From positions 1 to 59,973 of the forward strand of contig JBFHXP010000004.1 in assembly GCA_041598875.1 (NCBI GenBank): DNA of 59,973 bases. The letters are read 5' to 3'. Position numbers and translations under genes: made by a program. Below are positions 28,618-41,847 of the stretch, piece after piece. The notes below the pieces were generated by a model that was not told the DNA's origin, ran no database searches, and was given only the letters and a program-made list of their open reading frames with translations. The stretch's first letter is position 1; each line of letters starts with the position of its first letter. Origin of the DNA: Desulfobulbales bacterium. Lineage in GTDB: Bacteria; Desulfobacterota; Desulfobulbia; Desulfobulbales; BM004.

Positions 28618-28822
28618 TAGGTGCTCGTCCGGAAGTTTTTTCCCGGAGGGTTACACCAAACTGTTTTCAGTCCGGAAGCCTCGAATCCGGTCATCATTGA
28701 TACTCCCGCAAAAAGCCATGGGATGGCCAAGTACACTGGTTCACAAATATGGTGACGAACCTCGAATCATGCTGCCAACTTCAGTTGCTCACAAAACATC
28801 CCAAGCCTTTCCGGCCGGCACC
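28618..28822 (-). repeat. degenerate copy of family 1 palindromic repeat
   Basis: 28618-28680 aligns with 59803-59868; closes with CTTTCCGGCCGGCACC, complementary to its left end. Confidence 0.55.
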
Positions 28823-28826
28823 GCCG

Positions 28827-29858
28827 TTATTTCTGGGGATGGATAATCACCTTGATCGACTCCCTGGCCTCGGCGGTAAGGGCAAAGCCACGGCCCGCAT
28901 CAGCCAGACCGAAACTGTGGCTGATCATCGGCCCGACATCGACCCGGCCGCGGCTGATAAGTTCAAGCGCGGCAACACAATCCTTCGGACCACCGGCATA
29001 GGTGGTGGTGATGGTCACATCACGCCGCCAGAAAAGATCATTTACCGAAACCGGAATGGTCACTCCGTCCATGGTCGGGGCGAACAGCAAAATTGTCCCG
29101 CCGCGATCCACCGATTCCATGGCCTGCCTGAAAACACTCTCGGCCATGGCGCAGACAATAACCACATCAGCTCCGCGACCGTTATTTGCCTCTCTGAAAC
29201 GGGCGGCCACGTCCTCCCTCCCGTCAACAGCGATATCCGCTCCGAAACCGAGGGCCGCGTCAAGGCGGAACGGGCTGATATCAGTGGCAGCAACCAGGCC
29301 GCAACCCGTTGCCGCGGCAAGGTGGACATGGAGAAGCCCGGCCAGGCCGCTTCCCAGCACCAGGACCGAAGCCCCCGCCCTCATGCCGGCAATTCTCTGG
29401 CCCCGCAAGACACAGGCCAGCGGCTCGACAAAGGTCGCCTCGTCATATCCAAGATCTCCGGGAATCCTCCAGGTGCCCCGCTGGACATTAACCGCAGGCA
29501 GACGCACATATTCGCAGAAACCACCCGGATCAAAACGGGTGCCTGAGAGAAGCAGCTCACAAACCGTTTCATGGCCGTTCAGGCAGTAATGGCAGGAACC
29601 GCATGGAACATGGTGGGTGGACACAACCCGGTCGCCCACGGAAAATCCCCGCACACCCCCGCCAACCTTGACCACCTCGCCGGCAATCTCATGGCCCAGT
29701 ATCAGCGGCGCCTTATGGATCCGGTACCACTCCATCACGTCGCTGCCGCAGATACCACTGGCATGGACGCGGACCAGCAGTTCACCATCCCTGATCACCG
29801 GGGTCGGCCAGTCCTCAAGCCGCACGTCCCGGTTATTATAATACATAGCTACCCGCAT
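28827..29858 (-). CDS. zinc-dependent alcohol/sugar dehydrogenase (MDR family)
   Basis: GICGSD, GHE, CGSCHYC..C, EPLAC, GSGLAG. Confidence 0.9.
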   Translation of the reverse strand: MRVAMYYNNRDVRLEDWPTPVIRDGELLVRVHASGICGSDVMEWYRIHKAPLILGHEIAGEVVKVGGGVRGFSVGDRVVSTHHVPCGSCHYCLNGHETVCELLLSGTRFDPGGFCEYVRLPAVNVQRGTWRIPGDLGYDEATFVEPLACVLRGQRIAGMRAGASVLVLGSGLAGLLHVHLAAATGCGLVAATDISPFRLDAALGFGADIAVDGREDVAARFREANNGRGADVVIVCAMAESVFRQAMESVDRGGTILLFAPTMDGVTIPVSVNDLFWRRDVTITTTYAGGPKDCVAALELISRGRVDVGPMISHSFGLADAGRGFALTAEARESIKVIIHPQK

Positions 29859-30182
29859 GAAAGACTTCCTCATTAAATCAAAAAAATCAGTGACCGGTTT
29901 CGGCACCCAACTATAGCGCAAGCAAGACCGGGAAACAATCGACTTTTCCCATGGCTGCCACGAATGTCCTGTCATGAAAAGGGATGCATCCTCCTGGGAA
30001 ACATTCCCCATTCCACTGGCCGCAACCTGCGGCAATGCCGTTCTTTTTTCTTGAAGAAAAAATTGTTTTTGAGCAGCAACTCTGTTATATAGTTTAGTTT
30101 ACCCCGTGGCTGGGGAAAAATGGCGTGCGCCAAAACATGTAACCATTAAATAACAAAACAAAACCAAAGGGCAAACACAAAC

Positions 30183-31964
30183 ATGACTAGCAAATCATTA
30201 CACAACCCCGCCGATGATGCCGGCGGCTCCGAAATGGAAGAAATGGGCTTCGCAGACCTCTTTGAGATGGATGAAAACAATACGGTGAGCAAGGTGGGCG
30301 ATGTGCTCATGGGCACCGTAGTCGGTGTGGTGGAAGACCACGTCCTCATCGACATCGGCGACAAGGCCGAAAGCTACATCCCCATCTCTGAATTCAAGAA
30401 CGAGGACGGCGATCTCACCTTTAACATCGGGGATACCTTCGAGGTTTTTGTCGAAAAGAGAAAAGAAGAGGGTGGTCTTCTGCTCTCCCGGGAAAAGGCC
30501 ATCGGCATCAAAGTGTGGGAAGAGATCGCCAAAATCCAGGCTGAAGACGGTACCATCGAGGGCCGGATTGAAAGCCGGGTCAAGGGCGGCATGTCCGTTG
30601 ATATCGGTGTTCCCGCCTTCCTGCCCTATTCTCAGATTGATCTGCGCCCGGTCAAGGATCTGGACGCCCTTATAAATAAGACATTTGATTTCAAGATTCT
30701 CAAATTCAACCGCAAGCGCAACAATGTTGTAATCTCTCGCCGGGCCATTCTTGAGGATGCGCGTAACTCCAAGCGCGAAGAGATGCGCTCAAGCCTCGCG
30801 GAAAACATGACCATCACCGGCTCGGTCACCAATATCACCGACTACGGTCTGTTCATTGACCTGGGCGGCATGGACGGGCTCTGCCATATCACCGACCTTT
30901 CCTGGGGCCGGGTCTCTCACCCGTCCCGGCTCTACAAGGTCGGCGACGAGATCGAGGTCAAAGTCCTCAAGTATGACCGCGAACATGACCGGGTTTCCCT
31001 GGGCGTCAAACAGCTCAAGGCAGACCCCTGGGCCACGGTAACCGAGCGGTATCCCGTTGGCTCCAAGACCACCGGCAAGGTGGTGAGCATCACTGACTAC
31101 GGCGTATTTGTCGAAATCGAGGAGGGCGTGGAAGGCCTTATTCACATCTCGGAAATGACATGGTCCAAAAAACCTCGCCACCCCTCTAAAATGGTCGCCG
31201 TCGGCGAGACTGTCGAGGTCATGGTCCTCAATATCGAGACCGAAACCAAACGTATCTCCCTGGGCATGAAACAGCTCCAGCCAAACCCCTGGGATCTGGT
31301 GGTGGAAAACTATCCCGTTGGTTCGATCATCGAAGGAAAAATTAAAAACATCACTGATTTCGGTATCTTCATCGGCATTGAGGAGGGCATTGACGGCCTG
31401 ATCCACGTCTCCGATCTCTCCTGGACCGAACGGATCAAACATCCCTCGGAAAAATATGCCAAGGGTGAAACCATCCAGGCGGTTGTTCTCAAGATTGACC
31501 GGGAGAACGAGCGCTTCTCACTGGGCGTCAAGCAACTTGAGCCCGATCCCTGGCAGGCGGCGATGGAAAACTACCCGCTTGGCACCACGGTGGAGGGAAA
31601 AATCACCAATGTCACTGACTTCGGTGTATTTGTCCAGCTGGAAGAGGGAATTGAGGGATTGGTCCATGTCTCTGAAATCAGCAAGGACAAGATAACCACC
31701 CCCGTTGGCATGTACACGGTCGGCGACTCACTCCAGATCATGGTCATCAACGTCTCGGCAAAGGACCGCAAGATCGGCCTGTCGATCAAGGCGCTTGAAG
31801 AAGGCTCTGATCAGGGTTCTTTCGAAGACTACAAGAAGAAGCAGCCAAGCGGCCCCTCGACCATCGGGGACCTCCTGAAAGAGGCCTCGGAAAATCGGGA
31901 GACCCGGGCAGCGGAGAGCAACGGGGCCGGAGACGCATCGGCTGAAGCAGATAAAACCGAATAG
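30183..31964 (+). CDS. rpsA: 30S ribosomal protein S1
   Basis: Six S1 repeats (ITDYG, GLIHISE, RISLGMKQL). Confidence 0.97.
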   Translation: MTSKSLHNPADDAGGSEMEEMGFADLFEMDENNTVSKVGDVLMGTVVGVVEDHVLIDIGDKAESYIPISEFKNEDGDLTFNIGDTFEVFVEKRKEEGGLLLSREKAIGIKVWEEIAKIQAEDGTIEGRIESRVKGGMSVDIGVPAFLPYSQIDLRPVKDLDALINKTFDFKILKFNRKRNNVVISRRAILEDARNSKREEMRSSLAENMTITGSVTNITDYGLFIDLGGMDGLCHITDLSWGRVSHPSRLYKVGDEIEVKVLKYDREHDRVSLGVKQLKADPWATVTERYPVGSKTTGKVVSITDYGVFVEIEEGVEGLIHISEMTWSKKPRHPSKMVAVGETVEVMVLNIETETKRISLGMKQLQPNPWDLVVENYPVGSIIEGKIKNITDFGIFIGIEEGIDGLIHVSDLSWTERIKHPSEKYAKGETIQAVVLKIDRENERFSLGVKQLEPDPWQAAMENYPLGTTVEGKITNVTDFGVFVQLEEGIEGLVHVSEISKDKITTPVGMYTVGDSLQIMVINVSAKDRKIGLSIKALEEGSDQGSFEDYKKKQPSGPSTIGDLLKEASENRETRAAESNGAGDASAEADKTE

Positions 31965-32008
31965 GTGCGGCACCACATCGTGCCGATTCATTACCGCGGT
32001 TGACTGCC

Positions 32009-32920
32009 ATGTCTTTTCGCCAGCAGCATCCCGTTCTGACGGGGATTTTCATATTGGCAGTGATATTCCTCCTCTTTGCAGGGGGAGTATCGCTGCTCAT
32101 TTCATCACTGATCTCCCGAACCAGCGGAAGTGATCTTTTCGTTGCCGGCAGCGGTGTCGGCGTTGTTGAACTGAAAGGGTTGCTTACCTCCCCGGAGGAA
32201 ATACTCGACGAGCTCACCTCCTTCCGGCAGAACGAGAACATCAAGGCAATCGTTCTCCGGATCGACAGTCCTGGCGGCGCGGTTGGGGCTGCCCAGGAAG
32301 TTTTCACCGAGGTAAACCGTACCAATGCGGTAAAACCGGTCATTGCCTCCATGGGTTCGCTTGCTGCCTCGGGCGGGTACTATGCCGCTCTCGGGGCGCG
32401 GCGGATATATGCCAATCCCGGCACCTTGACCGGCAGCATTGGGGTTATCGTAAAGTTTGCCAATCTCGAGGATTTCTTCGGCAAGATCGGCTATAAGAAC
32501 GATGTGGTAAAGAGCGGCGCGCTCAAGGATCTGGGATCGCTGAACAGATCACTGACCCCGGAGGAGCGGACCGTTCTTCAGCAGCTCATCGACTCCGTGC
32601 ACCACCAGTTTGTCCGTGACATCGCAAAAAGCCGGTCCATGCCCGAAGAAGTGGTCATGAAACTGGCAGACGGACGGATTTACAGCGGGGAACAGGCCAG
32701 GGACCTCGGCCTGATTGACGAACTTGGAAACTTCACCGACGCGGTAACAGCTGCCGCCGCCTTAGGTGGGCTGAAAGACAGCGCAGCACCAAACGTGATT
32801 TATCCACGGAAAAAAAGGTCGTGGCTCAGCCTTCTTGAAGGGCGGTCCGCACTTGATGCGCTCCACGCAATCATCCAAACCCATCCGGTGCTTTCCTATG
32901 AATGGACCGGTATACAATAA
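32009..32920 (+). CDS. sppA: signal peptide peptidase SppA
   Basis: RIDSPGG, AASGGYY, TGSIGV, ADGRIYSG. Confidence 0.93.
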   Translation: MSFRQQHPVLTGIFILAVIFLLFAGGVSLLISSLISRTSGSDLFVAGSGVGVVELKGLLTSPEEILDELTSFRQNENIKAIVLRIDSPGGAVGAAQEVFTEVNRTNAVKPVIASMGSLAASGGYYAALGARRIYANPGTLTGSIGVIVKFANLEDFFGKIGYKNDVVKSGALKDLGSLNRSLTPEERTVLQQLIDSVHHQFVRDIAKSRSMPEEVVMKLADGRIYSGEQARDLGLIDELGNFTDAVTAAAALGGLKDSAAPNVIYPRKKRSWLSLLEGRSALDALHAIIQTHPVLSYEWTGIQ

Positions 32921-32937
32921 AAGTGAAAGATAAGGCC

Positions 32938-33228
32938 ATGCTGAAAAGAGATCTGATAAACAAAGTCACCGACCAACTCGACGGCTATCTGAAAAAAGAT
33001 ATTGAACAGGCTGTTGATATTATTCTGGAAACAATGGCCGGCGCCCTCAACCAGGGTCGCCGCGTGGAAATACGTGGTTTCGGGAGTTTTTCCGTGCGCG
33101 AACGCAAGGCCCGGAAAACCAAGAATCCGAAAACCGGAAAAATAATGAATATTCCGGAGCGTAAGACCCTGCACTTCACCATGAGCAAATCCCTTAAAGA
33201 GGCTCTGGTAAAAGGCGAGGCCAAATAA
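32938..33228 (+). CDS. ihfB: integration host factor beta subunit
   Basis: RVEIRGFGSF, NPKTG; rpsA-sppA-ihfB order. Confidence 0.82.
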   Translation: MLKRDLINKVTDQLDGYLKKDIEQAVDIILETMAGALNQGRRVEIRGFGSFSVRERKARKTKNPKTGKIMNIPERKTLHFTMSKSLKEALVKGEAK

Positions 33229-33249
33229 TCCGGCAGGCGGTCGCCGTGG

Positions 33250-33864
33250 TCAGCCGATAAAGGGGTCCACGGCGCCCTTTCCTTTCCGCAGTATCTCCGG
33301 TTGATCCCCGATCAGGGCAATCACGGTGGAGGGATCCGGATAGATTCTTCCACCGTCAATGATCAGATCCACCCTGTTTCCGAGAAGCTCCTCAAACTCA
33401 AAGGCCTCGGAAAAGGGCGGGTCATCGGGGTCAAGGATGGCGCTGGTTGTCACAATCGGGTTGCCCAGTTCCTCGACAAGGGCAAGGGAAATCCGGTTGT
33501 CCGGCACCCGGATACCCACGGTTTTCTGCTTGGTGACCATAATCTTGGGCACCATTTTGGTGGCAGGAAGCACAAAGGTGTACGGCCCAGGCAGGTGTTT
33601 TTTCATCAACCGATACGCATTATTAGACACGTATCCATAATCACTTACATTCTTGAGGCTGGAGCACATAAAGCTGAACGGCTTGTGCTGCGGCCTCTTT
33701 TTTATTTGAAAAATGCGCCGGACCGCCTTCTGATTGAATATGTCACACCCTATGCCGTAGACCGTGTCCGTGGGGTAACAGATAATCGCGCCGGCACGCA
33801 ATTTTTCCACCACCTGGCGGATCAGGCGCGGCTGCGGGTTGTCTGGATTGATTGAGAAATACAT
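33250..33864 (-). CDS. Sua5/YciO/YrdC-family protein (YciO-like)
   Basis: NPQPRLI, YPTDTVYG, PGPYTF, VGIRVPD, PSTVI. Confidence 0.9.
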   Translation of the reverse strand: MYFSINPDNPQPRLIRQVVEKLRAGAIICYPTDTVYGIGCDIFNQKAVRRIFQIKKRPQHKPFSFMCSSLKNVSDYGYVSNNAYRLMKKHLPGPYTFVLPATKMVPKIMVTKQKTVGIRVPDNRISLALVEELGNPIVTTSAILDPDDPPFSEAFEFEELLGNRVDLIIDGGRIYPDPSTVIALIGDQPEILRKGKGAVDPFIG

Positions 33865-33976
33865 GGCTCTCTGCCTCGTACCGGAATATTCATCTCTTCA
33901 AAATGGCCTTCATTAATACAGCGCTCGAACCACCTCATATTGGCATGAAAACCGGGCCAAATCCAGGATATTTTAT

Positions 33977-34882
33977 ATGATCGCCGCAGGAATCGACATT
34001 GGCAGCAATACATTTCGCCTTCTCATTGCCGACACGGAAAACGGGACCATCCGGCCCCTGGCCCGGGAACTTGTTTCTGTCCGCCTGGGAAAAGGGCTTT
34101 CCACGGGCAACCTCATTGAACCGGCGGCCATGGAAAGGGGCTTTGCCGCCCTGGCCCTGTTCCGATCCCTGATCGACCGCTTCGCGCCGCAGACGATCAG
34201 GGCGTGCGGCACCGAGGCCCTGCGCAAGGCAGCAAACCGTGCTTCTTTCCTCACTCAGGCCGAGACAGTTTTAGGCGCGCCCATAGAAATTATCTCAGGA
34301 CTCGAGGAGGCCCGTTTGAATCGCGCCGGAATCCGTTCCGCACTACACTGCCAGGAACCAATGCTTGTTGTTGACGCCGGAGGAGGAAGCACCGAACTTG
34401 CCGTTGCCGGGACCCTGAACAGGGAGGAAATCATCTTCAGCCTGCCGCTGGGCGCGGTGAGCTTGAGCGAGAAATATCCCGAAAGCTCGCCGACTTTTCT
34501 CCCGGACATGACTGCGGCCATCGAAGAGGCCCTCCTTCCGGCACTGGAAAAAATCCCCCCCGGACTTCTCCTGGTCGGCAGCGGCGGCACGGCAACAAGC
34601 CTGGCCGCCCTTGACCTGAAGATGACCATTTATGATGGCGCGCGGGTCCAGGGTCACTGCCTGCCCGACAGCCGCCTGACCAGGCTTTGCGAGTATCTTG
34701 CCTCCCTTGCCGTGGAAAAACGATGCCTCCTGCCCCTGCTTGGCGCCAATCGTGGCGACATCATACTGGCCGGCGCCCGGATCTATCAGGTGCTTCTTGC
34801 CCGCACCAGCTCCCCGCACCTGATGATCAGCGATTCCGGTCTTATCGAGGGTATTGTGCTGAGCAGTGCCGGGACAGTATAA
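33977..34882 (+). CDS. Ppx/GppA phosphatase (short form)
   Basis: IDIGSNT, TEALR, EEA, DAGGGSTE, GGTAT. Confidence 0.9.
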   Translation: MIAAGIDIGSNTFRLLIADTENGTIRPLARELVSVRLGKGLSTGNLIEPAAMERGFAALALFRSLIDRFAPQTIRACGTEALRKAANRASFLTQAETVLGAPIEIISGLEEARLNRAGIRSALHCQEPMLVVDAGGGSTELAVAGTLNREEIIFSLPLGAVSLSEKYPESSPTFLPDMTAAIEEALLPALEKIPPGLLLVGSGGTATSLAALDLKMTIYDGARVQGHCLPDSRLTRLCEYLASLAVEKRCLLPLLGANRGDIILAGARIYQVLLARTSSPHLMISDSGLIEGIVLSSAGTV

Positions 34883-34932
34883 ACGCGCGCCCCGGTTTCG
34901 CTCCTCCCGACAATGAGGCAGGGAAAAGAACT

Positions 34933-34961
34933 TTGCAATTCCGGCAATATTTTTGTATAAA
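34933..34961 (+). promoter_or_regulatory. putative sigma70 promoter of guaB
   Basis: TTGCAA-N17-TATAAA. Confidence 0.55.
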
Positions 34962-35122
34962 AACAGGTTAACATTCTCAAACGGATCCCAAGCCAAAACC
35001 GTTTTTTGCCGGCGCTCCCGTCGCCGGCGCGGCTGGAGATTCCCGATGTAGGGGCTGCTGAGCCATAGTATGCGGAAGTACCTTTTTTCCCTGTAATCCC
35101 ACATGCCGGTTTGATAACCTGA

Positions 35123-36619
<1,497 letters not shown>

Positions 36620-36622
36620 TCA

Positions 36623-38179
36623 ATGGATATCCATAGTGAAAAAATACTGATTCTCGATTTCGGGTCCCAATATACCCAGCTTATCGCCCGCCGGGTCCGG
36701 GAGGCGCATGTATACTGTGAACTCCACCCCTTTGACATGGAAATCGAGCAGATTAAAAAATTTGCCCCCAACGGAATCATCCTTTCCGGGGGGCCCAAGT
36801 CAGTGTACGACCAGGGGGCGCCGGCCATAGAGGAAGCGCTGTTTGAACTGGGCGTGCCAGTTCTCGGGATCTGCTACGGCATGCAGCTTCTGGCCCGGCA
36901 TTTCGGGGGCCGGGTCGTGCCCGCGGGCAAACGCGAATACGGTCATGCTGACCTGGTTGCCCAAGGCACACCAGGCCCGCTCTTTGACGGTTTTTTCATC
37001 GAGGGCAGGAGTCCGGCCTGGATGAGCCACGGCGATCACGTGGAAAACATATCCGCGCAATTCGAAGTCGCAGCGGCAACGGAAAATGCCCCGGTGGCGG
37101 CGATCCAGAACGTTGAAAAAAATCTCTACGGCGTTCAGTTTCATCCGGAGGTCAACCACACCCCCCGGGGCGAAACCCTGATCAGCACCTTTGTCCGCAA
37201 GATTTGCGGCTGCACCGGCCAGTGGACCCCTGGCCATATCATTGAAGACGCCATCACCCGGATCCGCGGGCAGGTCGGCGCTTCAAAGGTGATTCTCGGC
37301 CTTTCGGGCGGCGTGGACTCCTCGGTGGCCGCGGCGCTCCTTCATCGGGCAATTGGAAAGAATCTCACCTGCGTCTTTGTTGACAACGGCCTGCTCCGTC
37401 TCGCCGAGGGCGATCAGGTGATGGCCACCTTTGCCGAAAACATGGGGGTCAAGGTCATCCGGGTCAACGCCGAAGACCGTTTTCTGACAAAACTGGCCGG
37501 GGTTGTTGATCCGGAGCAGAAACGGCGGATCATCGGCAACCTCTTTATCGACATCTTTGAGGAGGAGGCCTCCAGAATAACGGACGCCGACTTTCTTGCC
37601 CAGGGCACAATCTATCCGGATGTCATCGAATCGGCGGGCGGCAAGACCGGCAAGGCGCAGAATATCAAAAGCCACCACAATGTTGGCGGACTGCCCGACT
37701 ACATGAAACTCTCACTGGTCGAACCCCTGCGCGAGCTGTTCAAGGACGAGGTGCGGGCAATCGGCGAGGAGCTGGGCCTGCCGCACCAGATGGTCTGGCG
37801 CCATCCGTTTCCCGGACCGGGGCTCGGGGTGCGGATCCTCGGGGAAGTCAAAAAGGAGTATGCCGACATCCTCCGCCAGGCGGATGCCATCTATATCGAA
37901 GAGCTTTACTCAAGCGGCTATTACGACAAAATCAGCCAGGCCTTTGCCGTCTTTCTGCCGGTAAAAAGTGTTGGCGTCATGGGTGATGGCCGGACCTACG
38001 AGTATGTGGTTGCCCTCCGCGCCGTTGAGACCAAGGATTTCATGACTGCCGGCTGGAGCAAGCTGCCATACGAGCTCCTCGGCCGGATCTCGACCCGGAT
38101 CATCAATGAGGTCCGCGGGGTCAACCGGGTGGTCTATGATATCTCCTCCAAACCTCCCAGCACCATTGAGTGGGAATAA
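36623..38179 (+). CDS. guaA: GMP synthase (glutamine-hydrolysing)
   Basis: [41 protein letters not shown]. Confidence 0.97.
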   Translation: MDIHSEKILILDFGSQYTQLIARRVREAHVYCELHPFDMEIEQIKKFAPNGIILSGGPKSVYDQGAPAIEEALFELGVPVLGICYGMQLLARHFGGRVVPAGKREYGHADLVAQGTPGPLFDGFFIEGRSPAWMSHGDHVENISAQFEVAAATENAPVAAIQNVEKNLYGVQFHPEVNHTPRGETLISTFVRKICGCTGQWTPGHIIEDAITRIRGQVGASKVILGLSGGVDSSVAAALLHRAIGKNLTCVFVDNGLLRLAEGDQVMATFAENMGVKVIRVNAEDRFLTKLAGVVDPEQKRRIIGNLFIDIFEEEASRITDADFLAQGTIYPDVIESAGGKTGKAQNIKSHHNVGGLPDYMKLSLVEPLRELFKDEVRAIGEELGLPHQMVWRHPFPGPGLGVRILGEVKKEYADILRQADAIYIEELYSSGYYDKISQAFAVFLPVKSVGVMGDGRTYEYVVALRAVETKDFMTAGWSKLPYELLGRISTRIINEVRGVNRVVYDISSKPPSTIEWE

Positions 38180-38183
38180 CATA

Positions 38184-38887
38184 ATGCGAGCAGACAACCG
38201 GAAAAACGATCAGCTGCGCCCGCTCTCCATTGAACACGGCTTTCAACCCTGGGCCGATGGCTCTGTTCTTATAAAAATGGGCAACACCCATGTTATCTGT
38301 TCGGTGACGGTTGAGGAAAAGGTTCCGCCTTTTTTAAAAGATTCCGGCCAGGGCTGGATTACCGCCGAGTACGGGATGCTGCCCTGCGCCACCCACAGCA
38401 GAACCAGCCGCGAGGCGGTTCGGGGACGAAGCGGCCGCACTTACGAAATCCAGCGGTTGATCGGTCGCTCCCTGCGGATGATGGTTGATCTGAAGCTGCT
38501 TGGCGAGCGGACCTTTCGCGTTGACTGCGATGTCCTCCGGGCCGATGGCGGCACCCGCACCGCCTCCATTACCGGCGCGGCATTGGCAGTGCGAGATGCG
38601 ATCAGGGGACTGGTTGGAAAAAATCTTCTCGCCACCATGCCGCCGCTCACCCCCATTGCCGCCATAAGTACCGGCCTGGTAAACAACCAGCCCCTGCTTG
38701 ATCTGGACTACAGCGAGGATTCAGCGGCAGGGGCGGATGCCAATTTCGTCATGACCGCTGACAGCCTTATCATTGAGGCGCAATGCACTGCCGAGGGCGC
38801 GCCGCTCAGCCGGAAGCAGTACGACTCCCTTTATCTCCTGGCAGAGAAAGGGACCAGGGAAATCTTCACCCTGTGGCAGGACGGCGC

Positions 38888-38891
<4 letters not shown>
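38184..38891 (+). CDS. rph: ribonuclease PH
   Basis: [43 protein letters not shown]. Confidence 0.95.
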
Positions 38892-40009
<1,118 letters not shown>

Positions 40010-40098
40010 ATCCGCACCGGCGGATGACGCAAACAGCACCAGCGGATACTCAGCACACTGACCCGCGGGAAAAAAATTAAAACACTCGGAGGTTTTCT

Positions 40099-40443
40099 AT
40101 GACTTCACTCGCCTATGCCGCCAACGGCGGCGCGGTCGGCGCCCAGGGAGGGATCATGTCTTTTCTTCCCCTGATCGCCATCTTTGCCATCTTCTATTTT
40201 CTGCTTATCAGGCCCCAGCAGAAAAAGGCCAAGGAACATCAGGCATATCTTGCCGCCCTGAAGAAGGGGGACCAGGTGGTGACCAACGGCGGCCTCTACG
40301 GCACCATCACCGGACTTACCGACCAGGTGGTCACAGTGGAAATTGCCGACAATGTCCGGGTTAAGGTTTCCCGCCAGCACATCCTCGGATCCGCCGACGC
40401 AATGAAGGCTGCGGCCGAAACCCCGGCAAAGGCAGGGGGATGA
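40099..40443 (+). CDS. yajC: preprotein translocase subunit YajC (may extend to 40464 if UGA is recoded)
   Basis: FYFLLIRPQQKK, LKKGDQVVTNGGLYG; follows tgt. Confidence 0.95.
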   Translation: MTSLAYAANGGAVGAQGGIMSFLPLIAIFAIFYFLLIRPQQKKAKEHQAYLAALKKGDQVVTNGGLYGTITGLTDQVVTVEIADNVRVKVSRQHILGSADAMKAAAETPAKAGG

Positions 40444-40471
40444 GGAGTGGGCGGCAAGTGCTGACCACGCT

Positions 40472-41755
40472 TCATCGGGTATGAAGTTCGACTTTTCGGA
40501 ACAGGCCGTTTTCCTCGATCATCGCGGAAAACGGCCTTTCTGTTTCCAGAAGCACCTCGGTTCCCGGATGGGCACGATCAACCGGCTCCATTTCGGTGAT
40601 CAGCCGGGCAACCTGTACCGTCTCGCTTGCCAGGCCCGGACCGAGATAGGTAAGGCTCTCACCGGTGTCGATCGGGTTGCGCACCGCGACAGTAAGCTGA
40701 GTTGCGCTGACAACCCGGCGCACAATTGCCGCTGGCACGGCATCGGGCGAAAGACGGGGAGCGGTGTAGAGCATCTCCGAGGCCCGGGGCTCGCCATCGG
40801 CAAAATTCTCAGTAAAGCCCCTGGTGCCTATTTTTTCTATCTCCGTGATACATTCTTCCGGTAGCTGTATTTCATGAAACAGGGCCCCGGCCCGTACTGC
40901 CGTGTCGATAAAATCAATGGCCGCCCGGTAGACCCGGACCACCCCGCCGACATAAAAAACCGACTTCATCCGCCCCTCGATCTTGAAACTGTCGACCCCG
41001 GCCGCGAACAGTTGGGGCAACCGGCGCAGCAGACAAAGATCCTTACTGTTCATGATATAGGCGCCGCGGCCATCTTCCTCTATTGGAAAAAACTGGCCGG
41101 CCCGTTTTTCCTCGACCAGGGCGTAGGAGTAGCGACAGGGATGGGCGCAGTCTCCCTGGTTGGCGTCTCGCCCGGTGAGATAGCAGGAGAGCAGGCAGCG
41201 TCCGGAATAGGAGATGCAGATCGCGCCGTGGACAAAAACCTCAAGCTTGAGGGGGGAGCCCGCCGCGGCAAGATTTGCCTTTACGGAAGAGATTTCCCCC
41301 ACAGAGAGCTCGCGGGCAAGGTTGACCCGGTCGGCGCCGAGACCTGCCCAGAAAAGCGCGCTCTCACTGTTGGTGATATTGGCCTGGGTGGAGATGTGAA
41401 CCGGCAGTGCGGGAACAATCCGGCGAATCACGGAAAATATGCCGGGATCAGCAACAATCACCCCATCCACACCGATTTTTTCCAGGAGCAGAAGATAGGA
41501 ATCCAGATTGACAAAATCCCGGTCCTTGGCAAAAATATTGACCGTCACATAGACGCTCACCCCGCGTTCGTGGGCATAGGAAACCGATGCAGCCAGCAGA
41601 TCCGGGCCAAAAGCACCGGCATTGGCCCGCAGGCTGTACCCCTCGCCGCCGAGGTAAAGGGCATCGGCGCCATAGTGGATTGCGGTTTTGAGCTTTTCAA
41701 AACTGCCGGCCGGGGCCAGAAGCTCTTTTCTCTTACCTGTTTCTTTTTGTCGCAC
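40472..41755 (-). CDS. U32-family peptidase-like protein (TrhP/YegQ-type tRNA hydroxylation)
   Basis: ELLAPAG, HISTQAN, HGAICISYSGRC, NQGDCAHPCR, KIEGRMK. Confidence 0.9.
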   Translation of the reverse strand: MRQKETGKRKELLAPAGSFEKLKTAIHYGADALYLGGEGYSLRANAGAFGPDLLAASVSYAHERGVSVYVTVNIFAKDRDFVNLDSYLLLLEKIGVDGVIVADPGIFSVIRRIVPALPVHISTQANITNSESALFWAGLGADRVNLARELSVGEISSVKANLAAAGSPLKLEVFVHGAICISYSGRCLLSCYLTGRDANQGDCAHPCRYSYALVEEKRAGQFFPIEEDGRGAYIMNSKDLCLLRRLPQLFAAGVDSFKIEGRMKSVFYVGGVVRVYRAAIDFIDTAVRAGALFHEIQLPEECITEIEKIGTRGFTENFADGEPRASEMLYTAPRLSPDAVPAAIVRRVVSATQLTVAVRNPIDTGESLTYLGPGLASETVQVARLITEMEPVDRAHPGTEVLLETERPFSAMIEENGLFRKVELHTR

Positions 41756-41847
41756 AGTACCGTATCGTATATAAAGTTTTGTTGGCGCAGCACTCGATCA
41801 TCTCTCAAACCCTTTGCATTTACCGCACCCGGGCACGCTTTGCAAGC

